Shown here: positions 28,754 to 39,358 of the stretch, one piece after another | Numbering within the stretch: the stretch's first letter is position 1 | How the letters are laid out: each line of letters starts with the position of its first letter | From: Candidatus Latescibacterota bacterium | Lineage (GTDB): Bacteria; Latescibacterota; UBA2968; GCA-2709665 | Assembly (NCBI GenBank): GCA_965222075.1 | Contig: OZ244937.1 | Location: forward strand, 3,584,001 to 3,648,000 | Length of the DNA stretch: 64,000 nt | Direction: 5' to 3' | Made by a program: the position numbers and the translations under genes | Notes under the pieces: model-generated | Database searches by the model: none | Told to the model about the DNA's origin: nothing | The model's input: only the letters and a program-made list of their open reading frames with translations

Positions 28754-30952
28754 ATGAATCCCAATCACGAGTGGATTCGACGGGCGCGCATCTTCTTGAT
28801 GGACAACTACCACCCGCCTTTCTGGCCGGATCTTGCTTTTGATGCGAAGAAGCTGATGGAGGTGGTGCGCGAGCATCACGCCAACGCCGTCCGCTTCGGC
28901 AGCGCCGGAAAATGGGCCGTATTCCCCAACGCGTTCTGGCCCGCGCACCCGCAACTCAACGGGCGGAACCTGGTTGAAGAGGTCCTGGACGAGGCCCACG
29001 CCCAGGGCGTGCGGGTAATTGTCTATGCTCCCCTCGGACACATCCTCCCCGACGATAACATCCTCCAACATCACCCGGAGTGGCTGCACCACCCAGCTCC
29101 GAACAGCCAGGCGCAGGGACGCCCGCATCACGGCGGCGGATCGCACCGACAAATCTGCTTTAACACGCCATACCGTGATGCCATCGTCGGGTTCGTCAAA
29201 CAACTCGTGACGGATCATGACATTGACGGGTTCTATACGGACTCGGCGACGCCGTATCACTCCCACCCGACGCCCCGGTCCTGTTTGTGCTACTGTGACC
29301 ATTGTTGCGAAAATTTCAAGCGGCAATTCGGGCGCCCGATGCCCTACGCCCCCGACCCACGCAGCCTGCCGGTCGCCGAGCAGGAGATCCTGGAGCAGTG
29401 GAGTCTGGCGTACGGGCAGATAGTGGCCGATGTGCTGATCGGACTGATCAACTGGATTCGCAAGACCCGAAATATCCCCGTACTGACGCATGGTACGGCG
29501 GTCGAACGGTGGCCTGAACGCCGGGTTATGGATGTCCACGACGGCTTCCTCTACGAGGCGGGAGGCGACTTCCTCCACCGCCTGGAGACAGCGAGTCTCG
29601 GCGAATCATCCGGTCATGCCATCTGGCAATACGTTGGCAGCCTGACCCCCTGGTCACGCCTGCAGTTCTTTTCCAGGGAGTTGGTCGAAGAGGCCGTGGC
29701 CAGCTTTGCATGCGGCGGAGCCATCAACCTTGCCTGCGGGGTCAACTTCGTTCTGGACCGCTCGGGCAGCATTCATCCGGATCTGCAAGACCTTTTCGCG
29801 ACCCTTGAGGCGAACGAGCCGTTATTTGAAGAACTTCACCCTACCCGTTTCGCGGCCGTTCCCTTCGTCCTGCCCGCACGGGTGTACCACATGCTGGACC
29901 GGCTGCGATTCCGCGTTGAACCGCTGGACATCCGTGACCGCCCGGCCGACGTGATTGACGGCCTGCAGGTGCCCAATCCGTCGCAACGAAAGTGCATCAA
30001 AGGCGCCTTCTCCTCCATACTCGCCAACAACCTGCCGGTTCACCTCATCGAAGAGCGACACCTTTCGGATCCGGAAATGTTGAGGCGGTACCCGCTGCTG
30101 TTCCTGCCTAACATCGGACACCTGACTCCGGAGGAAGTCCGCGCCGTGGCGAATTACGTCGAGCGCGGCGGGCGGCTGTTGGCGACATATCGGACGAGCC
30201 TCTATGGCCCGCAGCCGGATAAACTGCGCGACAACTTCGCGCTATCGGAGCTATTGGGTGTGGATCGCATCGCGTGCGAGCCCGACCGCTTGAAAGATCA
30301 TCACCGGCACTTCTGCCACTCCGGAACGTTCGACGTATATGGCCGATCGGTGTATGGCCAATGGCTGGCGCAGAACAGCCCGCATGAGATCTGGCCCATC
30401 AATCGGTTCGAACTGGTCAAGCCACACCCCGGAACCGATGTCGTGGCCAACATCGTATGGGGAGGCCGGGAGGAGGAACTTCTCTGGCCCGCCGTGACCT
30501 GCCGTGAGTTTGGCGACGGACGGGTCGTCTATCTGGCGGCCCCCATCGAGGAGCTGCATTTCGAGTTCCGCATGCCGATCGTTCGCGATCTGCTGGGCGG
30601 GATCGTGGATTGGCTCTGCCCGGAGGGCCGCCCGCTTGTGATGGACGGGCCGGACCAGCTGCTGGCCATCCCCAACGAAAAGCCCGGAGTGCAGGTGCTA
30701 TTCCTGATCAACCACACCGGCGAGCGCGTGGAGGGTCTGCCGGAGCTGTGGCCGCGGATTGGACGGCAATTCAACTACGTGCCCGCCGTGCCCGAGGTGA
30801 ACCTCCGCTGGCGGAGTGCCGAACCAGGCACGCCTCGTCGCGTATGGAACGTGTATACAGGCACCGACCTGGCCGTGACCCTGGATGGCCGCTACCTGAA
30901 AACGAGGTTGGAGAACGTCGGACAGTACGGGATCATTGCCGCTGAGTTCTGA
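28754..30952 (+). CDS. GHL6-like glycoside hydrolase with beta-galactosidase trimerization (GATase-like) domain
   Basis: CFNTPY, IDGFYTD, CYCDHC, LLFLPN..YVERGGRLLAT. Confidence 0.72.
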   Translation: MNPNHEWIRRARIFLMDNYHPPFWPDLAFDAKKLMEVVREHHANAVRFGSAGKWAVFPNAFWPAHPQLNGRNLVEEVLDEAHAQGVRVIVYAPLGHILPDDNILQHHPEWLHHPAPNSQAQGRPHHGGGSHRQICFNTPYRDAIVGFVKQLVTDHDIDGFYTDSATPYHSHPTPRSCLCYCDHCCENFKRQFGRPMPYAPDPRSLPVAEQEILEQWSLAYGQIVADVLIGLINWIRKTRNIPVLTHGTAVERWPERRVMDVHDGFLYEAGGDFLHRLETASLGESSGHAIWQYVGSLTPWSRLQFFSRELVEEAVASFACGGAINLACGVNFVLDRSGSIHPDLQDLFATLEANEPLFEELHPTRFAAVPFVLPARVYHMLDRLRFRVEPLDIRDRPADVIDGLQVPNPSQRKCIKGAFSSILANNLPVHLIEERHLSDPEMLRRYPLLFLPNIGHLTPEEVRAVANYVERGGRLLATYRTSLYGPQPDKLRDNFALSELLGVDRIACEPDRLKDHHRHFCHSGTFDVYGRSVYGQWLAQNSPHEIWPINRFELVKPHPGTDVVANIVWGGREEELLWPAVTCREFGDGRVVYLAAPIEELHFEFRMPIVRDLLGGIVDWLCPEGRPLVMDGPDQLLAIPNEKPGVQVLFLINHTGERVEGLPELWPRIGRQFNYVPAVPEVNLRWRSAEPGTPRRVWNVYTGTDLAVTLDGRYLKTRLENVGQYGIIAAEF

Positions 30953-31006
30953 GTAGCGCCAGAATCAGAGGGTCGTCTCCGCTGTAACGCAACGCTGGCC
31001 GTAAGA

Positions 31007-33346
31007 CTACCCCGCAGGCTCCAACCGCTGCACCGATTCCGCCTCCGAAGCGATCTGCTCCCAGTCCCACAACTGAGGAATGTATTCCACATTTGACCAC
31101 ATCTCCGCCTGATCGGCGTAGTGCGGGCTTCCCGGATGGCCCGATGCCCCCAGCGGCACGATCCACCGGGAGTTCGTCCAGTCCGATGGGTCGTGAATGT
31201 ACCGGTTCACGGACAGCCCCGTGGCGATAAACGGACGGTTCAGCGCATACCCTCCGGCAAGCGGAGTATCCCCGTCCCCGTGAATCGGCGCTCCGGGTGG
31301 GTCCAGGAGCACGGCGACCTCCGGGAAGACCCCCGATAGCGGGTGCTGCGGTGCGGTGCGATGCAGTCGCCCCCACTGCCACGCAGACATATCATCGCCA
31401 AGCCTCTCCTTGAGCGCCGCGACGGCGTCCTTGAGGGCGGACGCCAGCACGCCCGGCCAGTCGTGTCCGGGCGGCAGGACAGAGGAATCATTCCGTTCGA
31501 GGTCCAGCGTTATCTCCAGGGCAACCAGACGGACGTGGGCCTCCCCGCCTGCGGTCCCCGAAAGCGCCTCTCCCGCCAGATCGCCCACCAGGTGTCCGGC
31601 GATAAAACGCGTCACATGCGCCTTCGTCTGCGCGTAGATCGTCGGTTGTGCCAACTCGCGGTCCATGCGGCCGTCCCATGCCCGCAGCAGATCCAGCGCC
31701 TCTTTAGAATCCCCGTCTAAGGGCGTAACGCCAACCAGCGCCTCCGTAAGAACTCGCGCCGGGTTGGAGACCCGCTCGGCATGAATCCGCGCCATATCCT
31801 CCACGGTCGCCGTCCCCGGTTCGAGCTCCAGAATGCGCGTCTGAACGCGCCGGGCGCGGAACTCCGGGCTGAAATAAAGTCCTACATAGTATGGGTAATC
31901 GTGACCGGCCACGCGCTGGTTACACGTCACCGCGTACCCCGCTTCGGGGTTGATCGCCTTTGGAAGCTCGTTGTGGGGGATGTAGCCCTGCCACTCGTAG
32001 TCGCCCGTCCACCCCGGCACCGCCCGCCAGCCGTTCGACGCGGTCCGGATTGGGATCTTGCCTTCATGCAGGTATCCGAAAGTCCCGTGCACATCGGCCA
32101 CCGCGTAGTTGTTCACCCGGTCTGTCCACTTCCCGAACGCATCGTGTAGTTCCTCCACCGACCGCGACCACATCGCGTCCCGTGCCGCATCCACCCAGAG
32201 GGTCCCCTCAAGAAGGCCGGGGTCGCTGATCGCCACCCCCCATCCGGAAGCGGGCTCTCCCGCAACCACCGGCCCGTGGTGGGTCACCGTCACCTCGACC
32301 TCCACCGGCTTCCCGCCGCGCACACGAATCGTCTCGCTAAAAACCTCCGCCGGTTCCCACTCTCCCTTAAACGCATATTCCCGGCCACCGGGACCTTCCC
32401 GAAACTTTTCGACAAAAAGGTCCTGCGTATCCGCACTGCCATATGTCATCCCCCACGCCACGTGCTCGTTGTGGCAGAAGTGGAGCGCCCCGGGCATGCC
32501 CGGCACAGACGACCCGATCACCGTAAACCCCGGACACGACAGATGCACCTGGTAGTAAACGTTCGGCGTATCCAGCGCCCGGTGCGAGTCCCCCGCAACC
32601 AGCGGTAGCCCCGACCGGGTCAGCCTGCCGGAAATCGCCCATGCGTTCGACCCCGCGTCCCCCTCGTTCAGCCAGTTGGCGTCTTCCGCAGCCTTGCTCA
32701 GCGCTTCTAACCCGTCCAGCGCGGGGCCCGCGTACCCCTCCCCCGGCGGCACCGTAAGCAGATGCCCGCTCGGGTAGCCCCTGATCAGCCCGGCGACCTT
32801 CTCTGGCCCGGCCGCCTTTATCAGCCGCGTCCTGAAAAGCTTCGGCTCGAACGTTCCCAGCAGCGTGTTGCGCATCTTGTACACCGCCAGGCAGTGCCAG
32901 TTCTCCCACCGCTCGGGCGTCTCGCCCAGGATTGTGTACTCGATCGGCAGGGTCTGGGTCGAATCCAAAAACGCATTCACCCCTGCCGTATACGCATCCA
33001 CCATCCCCTTCGCTTCCTTACCTGCCGCCTCGTAATCCAGCACCGCCGTGCGCCCCATCCCCGCGGCCCGAAGCAGCCGGTCCTGATCCATGCCGCCCGG
33101 CCCGGCGAACTCCGCCCACCGCCCCAGCGCCCGGTGCCGGTCAAAGTCCATATGCCAGAGCCGGTCCTGCGCCGTCACAAATCCCTGCGCAAAAAAAAGG
33201 TCTCCCTCCTTCTCCGCCCTGATATGCGGAATCCCCCACCGGTCCCGGTACACCTCAACGGATTTTTCCAGTCCCCCCAGCCGCATCGGGCTTGTCACAT
33301 CCGGCAGCGCCGCCTTCAAATCCGATTCCGTAATCTCAACCGCCAT
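31007..33346 (-). CDS. Penicillin acylase family Ntn-hydrolase
   Basis: RDRWGIPHI, AQDRLW, GSNAWA nucleophile, GASGHPGSPHYADQ. Confidence 0.95.
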   Translation of the reverse strand: MAVEITESDLKAALPDVTSPMRLGGLEKSVEVYRDRWGIPHIRAEKEGDLFFAQGFVTAQDRLWHMDFDRHRALGRWAEFAGPGGMDQDRLLRAAGMGRTAVLDYEAAGKEAKGMVDAYTAGVNAFLDSTQTLPIEYTILGETPERWENWHCLAVYKMRNTLLGTFEPKLFRTRLIKAAGPEKVAGLIRGYPSGHLLTVPPGEGYAGPALDGLEALSKAAEDANWLNEGDAGSNAWAISGRLTRSGLPLVAGDSHRALDTPNVYYQVHLSCPGFTVIGSSVPGMPGALHFCHNEHVAWGMTYGSADTQDLFVEKFREGPGGREYAFKGEWEPAEVFSETIRVRGGKPVEVEVTVTHHGPVVAGEPASGWGVAISDPGLLEGTLWVDAARDAMWSRSVEELHDAFGKWTDRVNNYAVADVHGTFGYLHEGKIPIRTASNGWRAVPGWTGDYEWQGYIPHNELPKAINPEAGYAVTCNQRVAGHDYPYYVGLYFSPEFRARRVQTRILELEPGTATVEDMARIHAERVSNPARVLTEALVGVTPLDGDSKEALDLLRAWDGRMDRELAQPTIYAQTKAHVTRFIAGHLVGDLAGEALSGTAGGEAHVRLVALEITLDLERNDSSVLPPGHDWPGVLASALKDAVAALKERLGDDMSAWQWGRLHRTAPQHPLSGVFPEVAVLLDPPGAPIHGDGDTPLAGGYALNRPFIATGLSVNRYIHDPSDWTNSRWIVPLGASGHPGSPHYADQAEMWSNVEYIPQLWDWEQIASEAESVQRLEPAG

Positions 33347-33367
33347 CGCCGCTCCTTCTTCTTCTGC

Positions 33368-34531
33368 TCAATACCCAAATGCCCGAATCGCCTCCTCTGC
33401 TACCTCGATCCCGAACCCCGGCGCGTCGTTGGGCGCCAGCCAGCCGCCCTCCGGCACCGCCTGTCCCGGGCCGGCGGCCTCCTCCAGCGGCACCCCGGGC
33501 GCCGATCCGATAAAGCACTCGGCCCAGGGCGCATTAGAGGTTGCAAAGGTAAAGTGCTGCCCGTAAGGGGTGTTTCCGCCCCCGTGCAGGATCACGGAAA
33601 GTCCTGCCGCATCGGCCATGTGGGCAATCTTGACACACTCGGAAAGCCCTCCCACCCACTTGATATCCGGCTGCAGAATATCCAGCGACCCCGCCTTGAC
33701 CATCTGCATATAGGGCCAGCGCGTATACAGGTGCTCTCCCGATGCCAGCGAGACCCAGTTCACCGCTTCCCGCACCGCCCGGTGACCGTCGATATCCTCC
33801 GGAATCAGGTACTCCTCGATCCACTTCAACCGGTACGGCTTCAACCGTCTGGCCAGGCGGATCGTGTACTCCACATCGAACGCCATATAGCAATCCAGCA
33901 TCACCTCCACTTCATCTCCCACCTGCTCCCGGGTCTTGGCCACCAGCCGCTCGTTTTCGTCCAGTCCCCCCAGCCCGTCCGCCGGCCCGTAAGGACAGGC
34001 CAGCTTTACCGCCTTGAACCCCAGTTCGAGCTGCCAGTCCGTATCGTTCCCCGTCGCATAACAGAAAATCCGGTCCCGCACCGGCCCGCCCAACAGTTCG
34101 TAGACCGGCTTCCCCTGCAGCTTGCCCACAAGGTCCCACAGTGCCAGGTCCACCCCGCTCATTGCACACGCCGCCAGTCCGGTACTCCCGTAAGGCTTGG
34201 ACATGCGGAACATCATATCCCAGCATTTCTCGATCGCAAAACAGCTCTCTCCCGCCAGCACCGGCCCGAAGTGGTCGTCCACGATCGCCGCCACCGGCCT
34301 CCCAAACGTCGTCTGCCCCAGCCCGAAGGTCCCGTCCTCCGCCACCGCCTGCACCCACACCGCCCCCCACTTCTTCGGCTGCCACAGCGAGCGGTGCCGC
34401 TTGTAGGCCGGAAACCGCGACATCGGATTCGCCACCTCCGCGTCGGCCCCCCAGGAATCCCGCCGGGGCTGCGACCTCCTCTGCCGGGCCGGCAGATCGA
34501 CCTGCACCGCCCGAATCTCCTTGATCTTCAT
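33368..34531 (-). CDS. L-rhamnonate dehydratase-like enolase superfamily enzyme
   Basis: VANPMSRF, CYATGND, MLDCYM, WIEE, GEH, LQPD. Confidence 0.88.
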   Translation of the reverse strand: MKIKEIRAVQVDLPARQRRSQPRRDSWGADAEVANPMSRFPAYKRHRSLWQPKKWGAVWVQAVAEDGTFGLGQTTFGRPVAAIVDDHFGPVLAGESCFAIEKCWDMMFRMSKPYGSTGLAACAMSGVDLALWDLVGKLQGKPVYELLGGPVRDRIFCYATGNDTDWQLELGFKAVKLACPYGPADGLGGLDENERLVAKTREQVGDEVEVMLDCYMAFDVEYTIRLARRLKPYRLKWIEEYLIPEDIDGHRAVREAVNWVSLASGEHLYTRWPYMQMVKAGSLDILQPDIKWVGGLSECVKIAHMADAAGLSVILHGGGNTPYGQHFTFATSNAPWAECFIGSAPGVPLEEAAGPGQAVPEGGWLAPNDAPGFGIEVAEEAIRAFGY

Positions 34532-34641
34532 CGGTTACCCCTCTTTTTGGTCTCTTTCAACGCCTTCTCACACATATCCGGCACAGAATCGCCGTCTTTA
34601 CTCCCATCGTCCCCCGCTCCTGAATGGTGGATTGCGGTGTC

Positions 34642-35568
34642 TCACGCTTCCAGCACCATTCTCAGCAGCGCCATCCGAATATACAGCCCATTGTGCGCCT
34701 GCCGAAAGTAGGCCGCCCGGGGGTCCGAGTCTACCTCCGGAACGATCTCGTCCACCCGGGGCAGCGGGTGCATCACCCGCGCCTGCTCGGACAGGACCTC
34801 CATCACCTGCATATCGACAACATACCTCCCCCGCGCCTTCTCGTAGTCCTCAATCCGGTCCCCAAACCGCTCCCGCTGGATCCGGGTCTGGTAGATCACA
34901 TCCACCTTTCGGCCCACATCCAGCAGGTCCTTCTCCTCCTTAAACCGGACCCCGTGCCGCCGGAGGTAGTCCTTGATATCCTCCTTCATCCGGACCACAT
35001 CCGGGGCCACAAAATACAGGGTCACGTCGTCGTACTTGGCCAGCAGGTAGGCCAGAGAGCGGACCGTGCGGCCGTTGGCCAGGTCTCCCACCATTGCCAC
35101 CGAAATCCCGTCCAACCGCCCGATCTCCTTCTGAATCGTATACACGTCCAACAGCGCCTGGGTCGGGTGCTGCCCCGGTCCGTCCCCCGCGTTCAGAATA
35201 GGCACCGAAGCCACGTCGGCCGCTCGTCGGGCCGCCCCGCTTTGAAAGTGCCGCAGCACAATCACATCCGCGTACCCCTCCACAATCCGGATCGTATCCT
35301 CTAACGTCTCCCCCTTTGCCGCAGAGGAAAACTCCTGTGCGCTCTCGGTCGTAACCACCTCCCCCCCCAGGCGGTGCATGGCCGACTCGAACGAGAGGCG
35401 CGTCCGGGTGCTTGGCTCGTAGAAGAGCGTGGCCATAATCCGGCGGTTCAAAATGTTGGAGCCGTAGCGGCTTACAACCTCCTCCATCTCCCGGGTCACC
35501 GAAAAGATCTCGTTCAAGAGGTCACGGTCAAACTGCTGGGCCTCAACGACGTGGAAAAGCCGGTCCAT
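34642..35568 (-). CDS. pyrB: Aspartate carbamoyltransferase catalytic subunit
   Basis: FYEPSTRTRLSF, NAGDG..HPTQALLD, TRIQRER, HPLPR. Confidence 0.97.
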   Translation of the reverse strand: MDRLFHVVEAQQFDRDLLNEIFSVTREMEEVVSRYGSNILNRRIMATLFYEPSTRTRLSFESAMHRLGGEVVTTESAQEFSSAAKGETLEDTIRIVEGYADVIVLRHFQSGAARRAADVASVPILNAGDGPGQHPTQALLDVYTIQKEIGRLDGISVAMVGDLANGRTVRSLAYLLAKYDDVTLYFVAPDVVRMKEDIKDYLRRHGVRFKEEKDLLDVGRKVDVIYQTRIQRERFGDRIEDYEKARGRYVVDMQVMEVLSEQARVMHPLPRVDEIVPEVDSDPRAAYFRQAHNGLYIRMALLRMVLEA

Positions 35569-35590
35569 CGTAAAATCCTCCTTTGGGCAG

Positions 35591-35711
35591 AAAAAAAGCT
35601 CCCCTATCAGGAGGAGCGTCCGTCACATCCACATGCGGAAAAATCGTCTTTAGCTCGAAAAGAAAGTCCCATTTAAGATGCAAATATAGGGGCGGTTCCC
35701 CACTTTAGCAA
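35591..35711 (-). promoter_or_regulatory. pyrB promoter + 21-aa leader ORF + terminator hairpin (pyrL-like attenuator)
   Basis: TTGCTA(35711-35706)-17nt-TATATT(35688-35683). Leader ORF 35672-35607 MGLSFRAKDDFSACGCDGRSS*. Hairpin GCTCC-T-CCT-GAT-AGG-GGAGC + T7 at 35617-35591. Confidence 0.7.
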
Positions 35712-35821
35712 GAGGAAAATCGGCCCTCCCTCTGAAGATCTAAAAAAGGCTTGACACCGGGAGGTGGAATGAGCATATACGTGCGAACAGATCACACGAT
35801 CATCCACGCCTTTACAAACAG

Positions 35822-37777
35822 ATGAACGATGCGTCTTCCGCCGGGCATACCTCTCACCCTCTCAATCATCCTCTCGGGGCTTCTCACCATGGCCTCATCT
35901 CCTGGCTGTGGGATGCAGACGTGCTGGAATCCGAGATTCTGACAACAGAAGACCACACAGCCGTCTACCTGTCCGGTCCGGACCTGCTCGGGGAAGCCTT
36001 TGGACCGGCCTTCCGGTCCCTCCTCTCATCAAAACGGACCCTTCCCGACCGCCTCTCCGTCAGGACCTATCCCGGCAAAAAAGCGGCCTGGGAAGTCCGT
36101 GGAGAATCGTTCTATCTAAACGGTGAGCCGATCCTGCTGCGGGGTATAGGCACCCTGTCTATCGGCGGGAACCTGTCCCCGGAGGCCGTCGAGCAGTCCC
36201 TCGCAACCTACCGGGACCTCAACCTCAACTTCGTCCTGCCCTATTCCCGGTACAATGCGAACCTCGATGCTTTCGAGAACGCTCTGGACCTCATTCACCG
36301 TTACAAAATGCACGCGGTCGTCTGGATCGGCGGTCCTCCGGGCCACTTCATCGCCGGGGTTGCCGCATACAGCGAAAAGCCGCTCCGCGACGAATGGTGG
36401 CTCAGACACCTGCGGTATAAAAACCACCCCGCGCTCCTGGGGTGGAACATGTGCGACGACACCTTCGACAGGTACGACCCCTTTCTGGAACGCACACACC
36501 GGGTCATTAAAAAATACGACGCGGAAAACGCCCTCACCCTCACCCTGATGGACCCCAGACATCCGGAACAGTTGCCCGATAGCGCCTTTCAAAAATGGAT
36601 CGACCGCGTCGACTATCCCATGACCTATCTCTACCCCCTTCAAAAAGACGACATTTACGGCACCGTGGACATCGAGGGCGGTCTGGAAGACCTGCAGCGC
36701 CTCATTGCCAACACGCAGCGCATCTGGAAAAAACCCGTCTACATCCAGATCTGGTGCCAGGCGCACATGCAGGGCGTCGCCTACGGTCGGGTCGGCCTGG
36801 GCCCGGGAGAAACCTTCCTGCCCTCGCCCGAACAGCAGCGGTTGATGACCACCTACATCCTGCAGTCCGGCGCCCGCGGTATCGTCTACTTCAACTCCAG
36901 CAGCATCCTGGACGAACACCTCGGCATGGGCAGACGAAACGAAATCGGCATCCTCTGGCACGAACTCTCTCCGATAGAAACCCTCATCGCCGGAGGCGTG
37001 CGAACCCCTCTAAAAACGGACCAGGAACAGGTCGAAGCGACCGCATACACCTGCAACGGGGAAACCGCTATTCTGTTGAGCAAACACATCCCCAAATCCA
37101 ACCGGTACGTGTCAAACGGCGAGGTTCGCAACCTGATCCTCACCCTGCCGGAAGAGGCGGGAAGGGCGTTTTATCACCTGCAATTTCCAGACGTACAGCA
37201 ACTGGCGGTCACCCCTGTGGATGGCCGCCTTCAGATTCATATCCCGCGGTTTGATCTCACCGCCCTTGTCCTCGCAACTCCGGACCCGAACCGCTCGGAA
37301 CGGATCCGGGACGCCTACCGGGCAAAACTGGGGCGCCTCTCCCGAATGGCCCTCGAGATCCTGATTGATAAAAGGGCGAAAACGGAAGTTGTGCTGGACC
37401 ACCTGCCCCCGAACATCCGCGATGTCCACCTGCGATTGGTACAACAGGGCGAACGAATCTGTGAGCGGGCGATACGCGCCTATCTTGCCCGAAATGAGCG
37501 TGAAACATACACGCTGTGCCGGCAGAACCTGAGCATATATCGAACCATCGAGGCGTCGGTTATGCAGACTGCGGAAGCCTCAATCGAAGATAGGGACCTG
37601 TCGCTTGAGCAGAAACGCCATACCAATATTTATTTTTCCCTGCCCAGATATTACGCCTCGTTAAACGCCGTACCCGATATCGAACCCGGGCAGTTAAAAG
37701 CCGAAACACTGGAACGTATCGACACGCTTTTTTCCCGGATTTCGGACAAAAAAATAACCCGCTCCGCTCTATGTTAA
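35822..37777 (+). CDS. Glycoside hydrolase-like TIM-barrel protein (GH2-like); 5' end probably frameshifted
   Basis: FYLNGEPILLRG, KNHPALLGWNMCDD. A lipoprotein signal peptide lies in another frame from ATG 35829. Confidence 0.6.
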   Translation: MNDASSAGHTSHPLNHPLGASHHGLISWLWDADVLESEILTTEDHTAVYLSGPDLLGEAFGPAFRSLLSSKRTLPDRLSVRTYPGKKAAWEVRGESFYLNGEPILLRGIGTLSIGGNLSPEAVEQSLATYRDLNLNFVLPYSRYNANLDAFENALDLIHRYKMHAVVWIGGPPGHFIAGVAAYSEKPLRDEWWLRHLRYKNHPALLGWNMCDDTFDRYDPFLERTHRVIKKYDAENALTLTLMDPRHPEQLPDSAFQKWIDRVDYPMTYLYPLQKDDIYGTVDIEGGLEDLQRLIANTQRIWKKPVYIQIWCQAHMQGVAYGRVGLGPGETFLPSPEQQRLMTTYILQSGARGIVYFNSSSILDEHLGMGRRNEIGILWHELSPIETLIAGGVRTPLKTDQEQVEATAYTCNGETAILLSKHIPKSNRYVSNGEVRNLILTLPEEAGRAFYHLQFPDVQQLAVTPVDGRLQIHIPRFDLTALVLATPDPNRSERIRDAYRAKLGRLSRMALEILIDKRAKTEVVLDHLPPNIRDVHLRLVQQGERICERAIRAYLARNERETYTLCRQNLSIYRTIEASVMQTAEASIEDRDLSLEQKRHTNIYFSLPRYYASLNAVPDIEPGQLKAETLERIDTLFSRISDKKITRSALC

Positions 37778-37855
37778 AAAAGAAGGTAGTGTCTCTTGAC
37801 GCTTAAAATTGCGGGTAGAGTCGTTTCAGTTTAATCCGTGCTTCATCGGTGGTTT

Positions 37856-38941
37856 CTATTTTTTAGGATTCACAAGCTCCAGCAAGGCCTGACGGGCGCG
37901 AGAGTCTTGGCTGCGACCCAGAACCCGAATTGCCTGCTTGCGCACATTCAGATACGGATGTTTTCGGGCAATTTCTACCAATTTTGGGATGCCTTTATCT
38001 GCTGGCAGGCGAATCAGGATATTGATAACCAGCATCTGCATATCCCTATTCGCATCATTTTGGCTAATTTCTTCCACCAGCAGTAGTGCCTTTTCCGGGT
38101 TTTTGCGTGCGAAAATGTAGCTGGCCTTTTTGCGAATATAGGAATCGGGATGCGTGCGAATGACTTTTGCCAGAAGCGCTGACGCCTCTTCCTCCGACGA
38201 CAATTGTGCGGCGGCACGCAAGGCAGTGTTCTGAACGCCCTTATCGGCGTCTTGAAATATTCTGTCGGTCAATAATTCCAAGACGCCTTCGGGCTTCTTT
38301 TGAATAAGGAGAAATATTGCTCGCGAGCGCATACGTGGGCTGGGAGCGTTAATCACGATGTCTTTGATGATTTTTGATACTTGAGGAGAGTCAAAGAGAA
38401 GGAGTATTTGCAGCACCTGGAGACGTACCCCCTCGTTGTCAGTGCGATCCAGGAGTGTTAGGGCCGCATCAAGTACATGTTCGTCGCGCGTGTGCTGCAA
38501 AGCGTACAGGGCTGTAAGGGCGATCTCTTCGTTCGTGCTCTGTTTCATCGATTGGAGGATTTCATCGTATTTGGGATTCCCTGTGCTGGAGAGTTGTCGG
38601 GCAAGTTTGACAAGGTTGGCCCGAGCGTCATTGATCCACTTGCTTCTGCTGTTCACGTGGATAAAGTTTTCATAGCAGGCAACAGCTTTTTCTGGCTGAT
38701 CCTGCTTTTTCAAAGTGTAACACTGCCAGAATTTGGCGTCATCCACCCACGCGCTTTTGGGATATCGCTGCAACATATCTTTAAAAGCGTTTGATGCCTC
38801 GTTCCACTGTTCGTCCAGAATGAGATTGTATGCTTGTTGGTAGACTTTGTAGCCATCATCCTGTTTTTTTGCCGCATTCAGACCGTTTGCAAAGACGAAT
38901 GCGAGCAGTAGGACGATGATGAAAGACAGGTTCCCACGCAT
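37856..38941 (-). CDS. Secreted TPR (BamD-like) + HEAT repeat protein
   Basis: Signal peptide, YQQAY..YPKSAWVDDAKFW, repeated VRxxAIxxL HEAT units; lower GC than neighbours. Confidence 0.78.
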   Translation of the reverse strand: MRGNLSFIIVLLLAFVFANGLNAAKKQDDGYKVYQQAYNLILDEQWNEASNAFKDMLQRYPKSAWVDDAKFWQCYTLKKQDQPEKAVACYENFIHVNSRSKWINDARANLVKLARQLSSTGNPKYDEILQSMKQSTNEEIALTALYALQHTRDEHVLDAALTLLDRTDNEGVRLQVLQILLLFDSPQVSKIIKDIVINAPSPRMRSRAIFLLIQKKPEGVLELLTDRIFQDADKGVQNTALRAAAQLSSEEEASALLAKVIRTHPDSYIRKKASYIFARKNPEKALLLVEEISQNDANRDMQMLVINILIRLPADKGIPKLVEIARKHPYLNVRKQAIRVLGRSQDSRARQALLELVNPKK

Positions 38942-38974
38942 GGCACACTCTCCTCTTGTATGATCATTGTGTGG

Positions 38975-39325
38975 TTAGAGGATTATTTTGCCGGAATTGG
39001 ACAGTGAGGTGGTTTCAGCGTCGAGTTGTTGGATTTCTTCGAGATTGATGCGCAACAGGATTGCCTTGCGATTGAGGCAGATACACTGCTTCTCACCAAG
39101 TCGATTCCCGGCAGATCTTGTTTGGCTTCCAGGTTCGAGATTTGCAGCAGGATGACTTCCAGGTCAGAAATGAGCTCTCGCAATGGCTGTTGTTCTGGTT
39201 GGGTGAGCTGTACACGAAGCGGTTCGGCTTCTTGTACCAGTTGTCGTGATACGTGTTTTAGATGATAAAGATCAATTGCGTCCGGGGTTACGAGATCCGA
39301 TTCGAAGTTCACCAGACCGATGATT
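38975..39325 (-). pseudogene. C-terminal fragment of a hypothetical (anti-sigma-like) gene, frameshifted ~39080
   Basis: LRELISDLEVILLQISNL..DLVRSSV continues as NRKAILLRINLEE in another frame. 5' part absent; abuts the repeat at 39359. Confidence 0.5.
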
Positions 39326-39358
39326 CGTTATCGTCCATCAGGAGGTTCTAATTCAATT

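Noticed and set aside
32762-34711. 649-aa + strand ORF (likewise 2009..3316, 24019..25182, 61168..62391 and similar)
   Set aside because: Antisense or off-frame shadows of well-supported genes in GC-rich DNA; no recognizable motifs.
39072-39086. Frameshifting few-base insert containing AGGCAGA as a possible footprint of the palindromic element
   Set aside because: A 7-bp match is too short to distinguish from chance.
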